A DNA stretch of 60,626 bases, filler included, from Squatina squatina (taxonomy: Eukaryota), in assembly GCA_031763465.1 (NCBI GenBank). It is 4 parts of 4 records of this genome, joined end to end, with 100 filler letters (N's around TTAATTAATTAA, not from the genome) between each part and the next. Parts side by side here need not be neighbours in the genome. Positions count along the whole stretch, not along the records: positions 13,321 to 26,399 come from JARFOE010000038.1; 3 more parts are not named here. One strand, given 5' to 3'. Under the pieces are notes generated by a model. It was not told the DNA's origin. It made no database searches and saw only the letters and a list, made by a program, of their open reading frames with translations. Positions 13,467 to 24,520 of the stretch are shown here, piece after piece. Every line of letters begins with the position of its first letter. The stretch's first letter is position 1. A program made the position numbers and the translations under genes.

Positions 13467-14194
13467 GGGCTCCAAATCGTCTGACCTCATGACCGGATTG
13501 CGCCGATTAGCGACGCAATCCAGGCGCGAAATTAACGTAGAGGCCTAAAAATGAAAAATGAGGCATTTGGCCTGGCGTAAATGCCCTGCCACCAGGACGT
13601 CATCATGTCGCGCGCCGACTCCTCAGCACCCGCCCAGAATTGGAGGCAGCCTCTCCCTGGAACTGAAGGTTGCACCCCCCCCGACACCACTGTCTTTGCC
13701 AGGGACCCTTAAAGGCACGTGGCCTGCGCCGTTGGTCGCCATCTTTTCTCATCGGCCAACGTTACTGTCGGCCGATGACTGGCGGCCGATCAAGCCTGAC
13801 AAACCACCCCCACCACCGTCGGCACGCTCCCTGGCGAGCCGGCAGATGCAAAAACGTTTTTGAACTTACCTGCTGGCCCCGTGGGCCCTCGATCCGCTTC
13901 TGCTGAGCAAGCCTGCGGACCTTGCCTTTGAGGCAGGGGCCGCGGCTTGCAGATGTGCAAATTGCACCAGCAATGTAGCCCACGCCACGCTGCTGGCGCA
14001 ACCCAGATGTGACACAGCATTGGCCGGGTCAGTGCCATGGCAACGCTGATTTAGCATTGCCACGTTACGCTGGCCCGAAGCAGCTTCAAAGAGGCCAATG
14101 TCGCGAAGGTGTGCCCCGCTGCTAGCGGGACGCACTCCGTGATAACGGGCCCCAGATGCAGCTCCTGATTTGGATGGAGTCCAATTGGGTGCCC
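13467..14194. mobile_element. GC-rich Harbinger-like non-autonomous element
   Basis: Begins gggctccaaatcg and ends caattgggtgccc (imperfect TIR); CpG-rich interior; abuts the CR1 fragment. Confidence 0.55.
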
Positions 14195-14556
14195 ATAGTC
14201 TTTTATACTTTGTGTTCTAATGCTGCAATTACAGTTTAAGTTTAAGTGCAAAGCTAGTTACATCCATGTGCTTTTCAGCATTTTGATCACCGAGGTTATG
14301 TTTTTCACCTTCAATTTGAACAAGTCCAATTCCATTTAGCCTACTCCTATAAATTTGTCAGAGTCCATGAATCATCCTGTTCGTTCTGTTCTTTCCCCAA
14401 GAACGAAGTCCTTCGTAAAATGCTTTTCTTGGTGAACTTTGAATAAAATGTCCACTTTTCCCACGAGAAGTATTTGAGACTAGAATTTTGAACCAAATCT
14501 CACATGATGTTCAAAGTGTGCCCTTGCCAACCCGTTATATTAAAGATTTATACTTA

Positions 14557-14895
<339 letters not shown>

Positions 14896-15384
14896 CTATG
14901 CAAGGAAAGAGTGAAAGTTAAGTTGGTAATCAAGTCATAATTATATTTCTCCACTATTTGACTCTCACCCTCCTCCCCTTCCCCAATTATGAATGCACGT
15001 GTTGAATCAAACAGATCATAAGGATTGTTGGGAGGAGTTAAAGAAGTCCACAGTCCAGACTATCTCAACTGAAGTCCTTTTTGTGCTGTAACTTTCAAAC
15101 ATTTTCTGGGTTCCCTTCTATTTTGTCAGTAACTTCTCCCTCAGTTTAGTTATTTTTGTGTTACATAAAGTCCCAGACTGAGGTTGTGCAGGTGTCCTAT
15201 CACCAGATCTTTTCCACTGCCACTCAGACTGGTTGCTAGGAGGTTGCCTGCTCCAGTTCTTGGGAGGTATCTTCCCCCAGAGAAGGTCACAAACTTCCAG
15301 TATCGGTTTGGAGAACCCAAGTACTGCATCACCAAGAGTTCTTAAAATAGGGATTTGCAGGAGCCTGCTGTATCATACCCACTT

Positions 15385-15517
15385 TGCAGATATTATATGC
15401 CTCAACTTTAAAATTCTTATCATTCTGTTTAAATCCCTTTTTGGTGTCACTCCTCTATCTCCATAACCCCCTCCAGCCCTACAATCTCCCCGAACACTCT
15501 GATTCCAGCCTAGAAGC
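15385..15517 (+). mobile_element. L2 LINE ORF2 C-terminal fragment
   Basis: LNFKILIILFKSLFGVTPL is a decayed FKILLLVFKSLHGLAPPYL motif. Confidence 0.6.
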
Positions 15518-18218
15518 NNNNNNNNNNNNNNNNNNNNNNNNNNNNNNNNNNNNNNNNNNNNNNNNNNNNNNNNNNNNNNNNNNNNNNNNNNNNNNNNNNN
15601 NNNNNNNNNNNNNNNNNCTCCAGTTTACTGAAAGAAAATCTTTAAAAGGGGCATTTAAAAAAGGCATTTAACCTCCAGCATGAAGATGAGTCAATTATCA
15701 ATAATTACCTCCATTTTCCTGACAGAAATTATAGCTAAAACGTAGCACATGCATTAATGAAAAGGCTTTTATGCTTCTCAAAATCTGGATGCATTTATGT
15801 GAAGAGAAAAAAAATAATGGGGACGTTAATTTTTTCCACAGATAAATAGGCTTCTCTTCCTCTCCTCAAGTATTCGCACATTAGCACTCGGAACTTGCTG
15901 CTCGGATTTCTGGGCTTCTCTCCAGACTCTGCTTTTTGGATCAATTGTTTAACAAATCCCCTAATTTTTTGCGTAATTCTTTCAAACTTCAGAAAAGAAA
16001 CTTCAAGTTTTTACTTCGTGTACAGCAAGGTAAAAATAATTTGATATGTTTAGAAATCCTATGCAAAATACCTGGTCATTTCTAGGCGATGCTATGTATT
16101 GTATTTTCCTCATTCCTATTACTACCTGCACAGATTGTCAAAATATAGGGAATTCTGCCCTCACTGCTGTTTTTATGATTAAGAGAGGGTGTCATTCCTA
16201 AACCATGTACATTTATAAATTAAACACAGGGTAACATATCATCTTTATGTTAATTTAATATCTTTGATAATGTTATATCAGAAGATTTGGATATTAAAAG
16301 AACTGGGACCTGTTTGTCTGATACGATTCCCAATCACAGTACTGTGAATGAAGAAGCTGTCTAGTTACCTTGGATAATCTGGAAGTTCAACAAGCTGGGA
16401 ATTTCAGTCTGATTCCTCTTCCATTCTCCTTGCATACATTCCATAGGAAATTCACATGTGCAAAAGCAAGCTGCTAAACACAGTAATAGCAAACTAAAAA
16501 CAAATGCATTCCGTTCAAATAATGTAATTCCGGCACCACTCAAAGGTAAGGCATTTTGTTACAGTGACAGGCAAAAGGCAGCATTTAGAACAGATTGTGT
16601 GAATGCAACCAAAATCAAAAACAGTGGGGCAATGGTTATATGGTACTTGGCATTCCTAATTGTAGCATGCAGGAGTTCCACACACAATCAAAGCTAACTG
16701 ATGAATAAAACTGGAAAATAATGTGATTGCTCACTCTAACAAAATGCAGAACACAAATACATGTATGTTGTTTCTTTATTTAAAGTCAATTATTGTGTTG
16801 AAACAATATAAACTCATTCATGTTAAAATGCAGCAAAGGTGTAAAAAAGTGGAGAAAAATAATAAACTGTTTGAACCTTGTTAATCGTGTCCTAGAAGAT
16901 AGCAAAAACAAAAGATATATCCATCCAACAATGCCAGGTACAGTGTTGCCAGATTTCAAGCAAATAACAGTGTCTAGACCTCTAAGGCTAGAAATTACAA
17001 TTGCCAATATTAGTGGATAAATATTTAACACATTCTTATTGCATTCATTTCTGTGCTATTTTAATGGGCCCCATTAACATAGCAAAGAGAGGCATCATAT
17101 ATGATTGTTTTGAGCACTTGTTTGCTAGTATTGGCAACAGTCAGTTCCAGCCTATAACTTTTGTTATATTTAAAATCCCACATATGGTAAAATATTTAAA
17201 AAAGGATATTGTATTGTAAAGTGTAATCAGAATATTACTACAACCATTAACAAATTTGTATGGATCACTGCTGAAAAGTACATTTATATCAATCAAGAGG
17301 TTATCATTTCAGATCTAATAGATTTAACCTCACTATAGAATAATCTTCTTATTTAAGTTATTTGGTGTTGTATTGAGCATTAATACACTAGCTAGTAATA
17401 TTTGTCACTTTTCTCCAAAAAGGGCAGCTGCCATAATATCCACAGTCCTCATGCTAGCGTGTTTAAAACTGGAATTTAGATATATTGCGATAAGGGGTAT
17501 TCTTTAAGTAACTGGGTTGTACCTAGGTTGGGAAGAGTGGAGGGATGAAATAGGGATCTACAGTGCAACAGGTTGCCAGTTTGATTTCAGCAGGTTTCAG
17601 NNNNNNNNNNNNNNNNNNNNNNNNNNNNNNNNNNNNNNNNNNNNNNNNNNNNNNNNNNNNNNNNNNNNNNNNNNNNNNNNNNNNNNNNNNNNNNNNNNNN
17701 CCCCTTCAATCCAGCTTTCCCCCCCTTCCTTGGCATTGCCTGCCTTTTCATTCTATGATGTGAAAATTGTCCACCAGTCTTGGGTCACAGGCCATCTCAG
17801 CCTTCCTTTTTTCTGATTCTATTAAAATGCGTGTTCATTTTTCCGTTTTCAGTTCTAATGAAGGACTGACCACTTGTTTTCCCTTTTGATCTCTGTATTT
17901 TCAGCTTAACATGTGCTCTAGCCCCTACACCAGGGTCTCTCTGCCCCAGATCTGTACTCCGTCGGATACCAATCTGTATTTGGAACAAACTGACCAAGTG
18001 TACACAGGAGGAGATGGTTAATGTATTCAAGCCCTTTGGGCAGNNNNNNNNNNGCCCACAGCAAAGGGAGGTGGAAGACCATTGCTGAAAGGCTCAGATG
18101 GCGGAACTCAACCGGATGAAGAGGAAATTGTTTTCTGGTTTGGATTAGATGCTAATAAAACCAATTCTAAAAAGACAGGGTATTCAATTTAAAATGTTTG
18201 TATCTTGAGTCTTTCTAG

Positions 18219-18339
18219 TCATTTGGATTTTGACCTGGATAAGACCGTGTTTTTCTTCACTGCTGGGCGCTACGAGTTCACCAACAAAGGTGCAGATGTA
18301 TTCCTGGAGGCATTAGCACGTCTCAACTATCTCCTCCGG
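18219..18339 (+). CDS. GYS1: Glycogen synthase exon (muscle type)
   Basis: ctag|T CAT TTG...CTC CGG|gtaaaa; 121 nt. Encodes [40 protein letters not shown]. The [15 protein letters not shown] end matches GYS1 rather than GYS2 (DIFLESLSRLNFLLR). Confidence 0.9.
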
Positions 18340-18609
18340 GTAAAACAAATCTGTTCCTGCATTTTAAGCTTAGATTCGGANNNNNNNNNNNNNNNNNNNN
18401 NNNNNNNNNNNNNNNNNNNNNNNNNNNNNNNNNNNNNNNNNNNNNNNNNNNNNNNNNNNNNNNNNNNNNNNNNNNNNNNNAGGAGCAGGAGACTTGGCTT
18501 GAGTCTCCATGAGCACAGAGGCTGATTGCTGCACACCTACCCTTGCCCAAGCTGAATGCAGCTAACCCAGCAGACTGGGAATGAGCTGGGAATATACCAA
18601 GACTTCATG

Positions 18610-19200
18610 ATTAAAATATACCGGAAAAGCAAACCATGCAGAGCTATGGGAAAAGGGCAGGGGAGTGGGGCTAATTGGATAGCACTTTCAAAGAGCTGAC
18701 ACAGGCACGATGGGCTGAACGGCCTCCATTTGCACTGTATAATTCTATGTTAATGACTTAGATAAGGGAACCAAGTGTAATGTATCCAAGTTTGCTGATG
18801 ATACAAAGCCAGGTGGGACAGTAAACTGTGAGGAGGACACAAAGAGCTTGCAAAGGGATATAGACCGGTTAATAGAGTGGGCAATAAGGTGCCAGTTGGA
18901 GTATAATGTGAGGTTATTCAATTTGGCAGGAAGAATAAAAAAACAATATTTCTTAAATGATGAGAAACTATGAATTGGTTAGGGTTATGGTTAGGGGGTT
19001 AGGGTTAGAGCCTTGGTCTGGAGCAGCTGTGTTCAGTTCTGGGCACCATACCTCAGGAGGAACCTTGGAGGGGGAACAGTGCAGATTCACCGGGATGATA
19101 CTGGGACTTAAAGGGTTCAATTATTTGGACAGATTGCACACATTTGGCTTGTGTTCCCTTGAGTTTAGAGGGCTGAGGGACGACCAAATCGAGGAGTTAT
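18610..19200 (+). mobile_element. Adjacent CR1 fragments (3' UTR, then decayed RT C-terminus)
   Basis: 18610-18750 is a CR1 3' end. It is followed by NDLDKGTKCNVSKFADDTKPGGTVNCEEDTKSLQRDIDRLIEWA (RT FADD motif) and downstream ORF2 remnants with deletions. Confidence 0.85.
18977..19008 (+). repeat. Short interstitial telomeric sequence
   Basis: GG-TTAGGG-TTATGG-TTAGGG-GG-TTAGGG-TTAG inside the CR1 fragment. Confidence 0.7.
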
Positions 19201-19204
19201 ATTG

Positions 19205-19512
19205 AAACAGGAGGAGGGCATTCAGCCCCTCTAGCTATTTGCCCTTCTATTTGACCATGGCTGATCTGTACCTTAACTCCATTTTTCCACCATTTCTCCA
19301 TATCATTTGATACCCTTACCTAACAAAAATCTATCAATCTCAGTGTTGAAAATTTGAATTGGCCCTCAGTATCCACACCTTTTTGGGAGAGAGTTCCAGA
19401 TTTCCACTAGCCTTTGTGTGAAAAAGTGACTCCTGATTTTACTTCTGAATGACCTATCTCTAATATTAAGATTATGTCCCCTTGTTCTGGACTCCCCCAG
19501 CAGAGGCTTATT
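19205..19512 (-). mobile_element. CR1 LINE 3' end
   Basis: Minus-strand translation GESRTRGHNLNIRDRSFRSKIRSHFFTQRLVEIWNSLP plus 3' UTR. Confidence 0.85.
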
Positions 19513-19967
19513 CCTGTTGCTACGCTCCTGTGGCTGTGCTTTAAACCACTGAGCCATGTCATGTGTATTCTCTTTTTCAATGAAGATACTGTTTTGTGCA
19601 ATGTGTGAAACCTCCCTGAAGTAGATTTAAGCCACTGGATCGGGCTGTGAAGAGGAATGAGAACAGTGGATAGAACATCAAATGGTCACTGTTTCTGAAT
19701 CCTTATTTAACTTTACAGATTTGATTGTGGCAGCTGTTGTGAGATCTAAATCTGGGTCAGCGAGATGGAGTTTGCCAGTAGCCATATTTACATCAGTTGC
19801 CCAGCCAACTCAACCCAGGCAGAGCAAGTTAGTTTCTACAGAAATCACCTAACGGGGACTCTGAGCGAAGCCACTATTGGTGAGTGCCTGTAAGTAATGA
19901 TTATTTTTCGGATGTATCACATGACTCACCATGAGCACAACCAGCGTTTTCCTCACTGTGTTGACAG

Positions 19968-20366
19968 GTGAATGTCCAGTGGCCCATCTCTACGACCCGG
20001 TGGAGGCCTGCGTCCCAGCGTCTGGGGAGAGCAAGCCGGTCAGCACCCCTCTCTATGACACGGTGGAAGAAGGAAGCTCGATGTACAGCAACTGGAGTCC
20101 AGCAATGGCTGTTGTCGCTCAGAAAGCTGAACCTATCTACGACAACAGGCCCGACTTTAACCCGGACACCCAACTCCAAGCCCAGCCGTTCAGCGGTTCT
20201 CCCAGTCCCGACAACACCACAGCAGCACAGCCATTGTACGATGTGGCAGAAGGTTCTGGCAGTTACTATGATAACAGGAGGACCTCAGACCCCCAGACTG
20301 GGCAGCACCCGGCCAAACCGCCCCCACTGCCACCCCGCCGCCATCACCATGGCAACAGCACCTGTG
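19968..20366 (+). CDS. Exon of an unidentified tyrosine-motif adaptor-like protein
   Basis: ttgacag| acceptor and G|gtgagc donor; 399 nt, phase 1-1, stop-free, GC-rich. Contains LYDPV, LYDTV, MYSNW, IYDNR, LYDVA, YYDNR and KPPPLPPRR. Confidence 0.7.
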
Positions 20367-20463
20367 GTGAGCTCCTTCAAAATAACATTTTTACAAATAG
20401 TAATTTCTTTTTTAGCTATTTCCTCATAACCAGTGTTCATCAGCGCGTCCTTAGCATGTGCTC

Positions 20464-20738
20464 GGGGCATCGGGCTCTCTTGGGGTCTTGGCTCTCTCTT
20501 GGGGCCTCTGGCTCTCTGTCAGGATCTCTGGCTCTCTCTTGGGTCTCTCTCGGGGTCTCGACTCTCTCTCGGGGCCTCTGGCTCTCTGTCAGGACCTCTG
20601 GCTCTCTCTTGGGTCTCTCTTGGGGTCTCGACTCTCTCTCTGGGTCTCTCTCGGGGGTCCCAAGCTCTCTCTCGGGGCCTCTGGCTCTCTGTCAGGACCT
20701 CTGGCTCTCTTGGGTCTCTCTCAGGTTCTCTCTCAAGG
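20464..20738. repeat. CT/GG-rich minisatellite (70-bp higher-order unit)
   Basis: 20501-20570 and 20571-20640 are copies differing at 2 positions; a partial third copy starts near 20674. Confidence 0.85.
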
Positions 20739-20839
20739 GNNNNNNNNNNNNNNNNNNNNNNNNNNNNNNNNNNNNNNNNNNNNNNNNNNNNNNNNNNNNN
20801 NNNNNNNNNNNNNNNNNNNNNNNNNNNNNNNNNNNNNNN

Positions 20840-21060
20840 AGTCTTGAGTTTCCCCACCACCGACGTTAGGCTAACGGGCCTGCTTTCCCGGTTTATCCCA
20901 CTCCCTTTTTCTGAATGGGGATGTAACATTTGCAATCCTCCAGTCCTCTGACACCACTCCTATGTCGAAGGAGGAGTGGAAAATTGTGGCCTCTGCAATT
21001 TCTACACTTATTTCCCTTCGCGGCCCAGGATGCGTCCCAGCCGGACCGGGTGACTTTTTA
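20840..21060 (-). mobile_element. CR1 RT N-terminal fragment
   Basis: RPVSLTSVVGKL motif preceded by a decayed W-IANVT-P-F-KG. Confidence 0.8.
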
Positions 21061-21354
21061 TTTTAATATTAATAAAGTCAACGATAATAATGAAATACAA
21101 AATATAGTTGGATGGTCAGCTGGAGAGAGTTAGGGCATTTGGAGGGATGAGCTTCAGAGAGTTGGGGTTCGACGGGCTGAATGGCTTTTTCTTGTCCTTG
21201 ATGTTTCTTATGTGTTTGTTAAGGGCCTGAGCTTCTGTCCAGGTCACCCTTTTACTGCATCTTGTGAAATGTGTCTATACAAGGTTTATACACTGTGTGA
21301 TCCAAATGATCAAGCATTGTATTGATACTGTGCACCTTTATGTTCTGTCCCCAG

Positions 21355-21447
21355 TCTTTCACAGACGACATCGCCAATGTGGTTTTTCGACTGAAGAATG
21401 CAAAGAAAAAAATGTTCAAGAAACCAAAGTTCATGGTGGCATTGTGA
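21355..21447 (+). CDS. Possible terminal coding exon (unidentified)
   Basis: Polypyrimidine tract with acceptors at 21354 and 21364; encodes (SFT)DDIANVVFRLKNAKKKMFKKPKFMVAL*. The 21364 acceptor is phase 1, compatible with the donor at 20366. Confidence 0.35.
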   Translation, partial: SFTDDIANVVFRLKNAKKKMFKKPKFMVAL

Positions 21448-22433
21448 CGGCCACAGGCAAATCATCCCAATGCTGTCCTGGGGTGCTGACTCCCTCTTCC
21501 TGGGATCATTTCAAGCATATGGGCTGCAGCGATTCAAGAAGGCGNNNNNNNNNNNNNNNNNNNNNNNNNNNNNNNNNNNNNNNNNNNNNNNNNNNNNNNN
21601 NNNNNNNNNNNNNNNNNNNNNNNNNNNNNNNNNNNNNNNNNNNNCCATTGCCTGTATACCGAGAGTCAAATACCTCTCCCCCCATGTACTGAATGTGACG
21701 ACATCTCATCTCCACCAAGTACCTCTCAGTGACCACAGACCATTTTGCCTTTTCAAAATTAATGCTGAAACTTTACAATAACCACTATAATTGGCTGTAC
21801 AGGGAGCAAGATCAGAAGCATTAACTCATGGAAACAAACAGAAGCTGCTTTAACCAGTCAACAGAGGGGCAGAGCAAAAATCCAGCAGACATGTTCCCTT
21901 ATTCCAGCCACAGACATTTTTCACAATATTGAACTTGTTCACACAATGAATGCAGCCTTGCTAGGGCCAGAGCAATAGTTATGAATGCAACTTAACCATA
22001 AGCCCGAATTCTTTGTGGTGGGAGGGGCGCAAGGGGAGAAGAGGGACGTTAATGCCAAAGGCACAATTACTTAAAACTCTACAATGCACTTGGGGAGCAA
22101 CCAGGAAGAAAAGCTCATTGCTCAACACCTTCCAATATGAATGTAGAATTCAGAAATGCAATCCCTAATGCCTCATTCATGCAGATGCCGCACCAAGCTG
22201 GCACACAATCCCAACTGTGGGACAATGCTAGATCATATGCACTCATTACAGGAAGTGGAAAAACCAGTTAAAATATATTTTCTTTTTGTCTGCAATTGGA
22301 AAAGCAGGTTATTGAAGATCACTATGTCCAAAGACAAGTAACAAATGAGACTTCATTTTAATTATTTTATTAAAAATTACAGAATATTTAGCCAACTAAT
22401 TATGTACAAAAACTATTAACACAACTAATGCTA

Positions 22434-23326
22434 TCACAAACTTTTTGCATTTTTACTTTTAGCTTTCCTGACTTCTTCTATCAAGCCCTTTAAATACTGG
22501 ATTTCTTTCAATAAAGAGTCAGCTTTCTCTTGCAAGGTCTTATTTTTTTCCTCTAGCAAGCTACATTCTGCAACTATAGCACCATGCTCCGCTCTCTTCT
22601 TCTGTCTGTACCGTGTCGCTGCACTTTTGTTCTGTTCCATTTTCTTCAACTTTTTCTCTGTACCTCTTGGCTCCACACAGTTGACTTTTACTTTTGGCAA
22701 ACTGCCTACATTCTCTACACTTGGACGATCGTATGGTTTTGATTTGTGGGGGCTGAAGTCACCCAGTGAGGACCCACCTGCTTGAGGTGACCCTTCTGAC
22801 ACACTTCTATCTAAAGACTCAGCAGGAGAGCGAGGGGGGCTGGTGTCAAGCCCACTATCAGTATCTGGAAACCTAACAGGAGAGCGAGGGGGACTCGTAC
22901 CAAGTCCACTGTCAGAATCCAATACTGGCCCTTCGTCCATTTCTTTGCAGGAATCCTGCAGAGGCAATGCCAAATCTGGCTTTTCCTCTCCACTGGAAAC
23001 ATCAATTTCCTTTTCTACCTCTAAGTGGAATGAGTCGTTGGGAGACAAGATTAAAGATTCTGGGGCAACTGTCGGTGTACCAGGAGCCAGCTGATCTGAC
23101 TCAAGGGGTGAATTTAGGAATGAACCAAGGTCAAGACTCAAGCCAAGGTCTGATATCTGTGGTTTGGCTGGCAAGGGATCAAAAGGCAATTCTTCCAGAA
23201 GGTCACAGGAACTGTCCAAGACAGCCAACAGCTCTTCTGAGGAGGGAGAGCCATTTTCATCCACCATCAGGGTATCAAAGAGATCCACCTTCTCCACCAT
23301 CCAGTCCAAGCCGGTGAATGCATCCT
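22434..23326 (-). CDS. ATF4: ATF4 last coding exon (bZIP)
   Basis: gacag|AG GAT GCA gives EDAFTGLDWM...KPYDRP...KKLKKMEQNKSAATRYRQKKRAE...LKEIQYLKGLIEEVRKAK*, matching the ATF4 bZIP. AATAAA on the minus strand at 22366-22371. Confidence 0.97.
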
Positions 23327-23775
23327 CTGTCGAAACAAGGAAAAACATTTCAAGTCAACTGCATACAATTACTTTCAAATCCACGTTATCAAGAGGATTG
23401 ATTACAGGACAAAACATCGCAGGGGCCATATTGAAGACCAGATCAAGGGCATCTCCCAAGAGCTTTTGAATGAGTTAACAATCATTGCAGATAATAGAAT
23501 TTATATCCTAAATACACACTGGCTGCCTCACTCAGAAGTCAGGTACAGAAAAAAGGAACATCTTTTCAGACAGAGGTTGAACAGATGTTTTAGTCATCAA
23601 GTGTACAGGTACCTCTTGTGGCACTGCAGAATGGGTACATTTAAAATGTTGCTTTATTTTCAAATACTTCCTCAAAGGAGACCTCAATGTATCAGATTGG
23701 TTAACTTGAGAATCCAGTTGGCAACCACCCACCATTGTCACCAACTGTCACACTAGTTAAGTTTTATCAACTTAC

Positions 23776-24010
23776 CCACATTTTTGTCTGTGTCCAGTAA
23801 CGGGTCAATACACGGGCACTGGGAGGACACATCGCTTTCCTCATTGCCACCAAAGTGGAGTGGTCTGAGGCACGACTTCACCGGCCCGGCCTCCAGATCT
23901 GCGTGCAGGAGACACGGGTCCCCTTCAGCCGTCAGAAACGGCGAATCGAGGAAGGACACACAGTCCTCCATCAGGGAAGAGAGCGAAGAATCTGGCCAAA
24001 CTGACATCAT
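23776..24010 (-). CDS. ATF4: ATF4 first coding exon (exon boundary at 24117)
   Basis: MMSVWPDSSLSSLMED...DTDKNV G|gtaag. The phase-1 donor joins in frame to 23326, giving a 375-aa protein. Confidence 0.85.
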
Positions 24011-24117
24011 CTGTCTGTGTTCTTAAACTGAGATACTCTTCAAGGAAAAATGAAGTTTTCAAGTCGAGTCTTTCTGTGCTGTCGACTACAGCAAAGCTGA
24101 GAAGCCCATTGTGGAGC
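23925..24117 (-). promoter_or_regulatory. ATF4 uORF2 (exon-2 portion, overlapping the main ORF out of frame)
   Basis: cccag|G CTC CAC... reads stop-free through the main ATG (24010) to TGA at 23925. The phase-2 entry matches mammalian uORF2, whose ATG lies at the end of exon 1 (not in this window). Confidence 0.8.
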
Positions 24118-24261
24118 CTGGGAATAAAACAGAAGACACTACAATGGGTTATAAAATGTATTCTTTGCTGTTTTGTTGGGAAACACAGCAGCCAACTTGT
24201 GCACAGCGGAGTGCCGCAAACAGCAATAAGATGAATTCCCAATTAATCTATTTTTTTTGTG

Positions 24262-24520
24262 ATCAATAGTTAGCCAGGACACTGGGAGATCTGCCTTGAT
24301 CTTCTTCAAAGATGAGGCATTAAGCTGAAGCCCCTTCTGCCTGCCATGGGATCTTTTATATCTACCTAGGCAGGCAGAAGGGGCTTCAGCTTAATGCCTC
24401 ATCTGAAAAGCAGCACCACTGACAGTGAAGCACTGAAGTATCAAGCTAGATTACACAGACAAGGCCTGGAGTGATGCTTGAATCCATGATCGTCTGACAA
24501 AAGTGTTACGATTAAAACAA
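24262..24520 (-). mobile_element. Deu-domain SINE (SacSINE1-like) in ATF4 intron 1
   Basis: agccaggacactgggaga...tgccatgggatctttta...gacagtgaagcact is the reverse complement of the 3158-3573 family. Confidence 0.75.

Noticed and set aside
15780-17030. Short open frames between the RAS and GYS1 exons
   Set aside because: No recognisable homology and no consistent splice phases.
19931-20869. The 312-aa ORF as a single-exon protein
   Set aside because: Only 19968-20366 is exon-like; the rest is intron, minisatellite and N gap.
22434-23348. ATF5 as the identity of the bZIP gene (ATF5 is near GYS1 in human)
   Set aside because: KKLKKMEQNK, the LIEEVRKA C-terminus and MIEF1 adjacency indicate ATF4.
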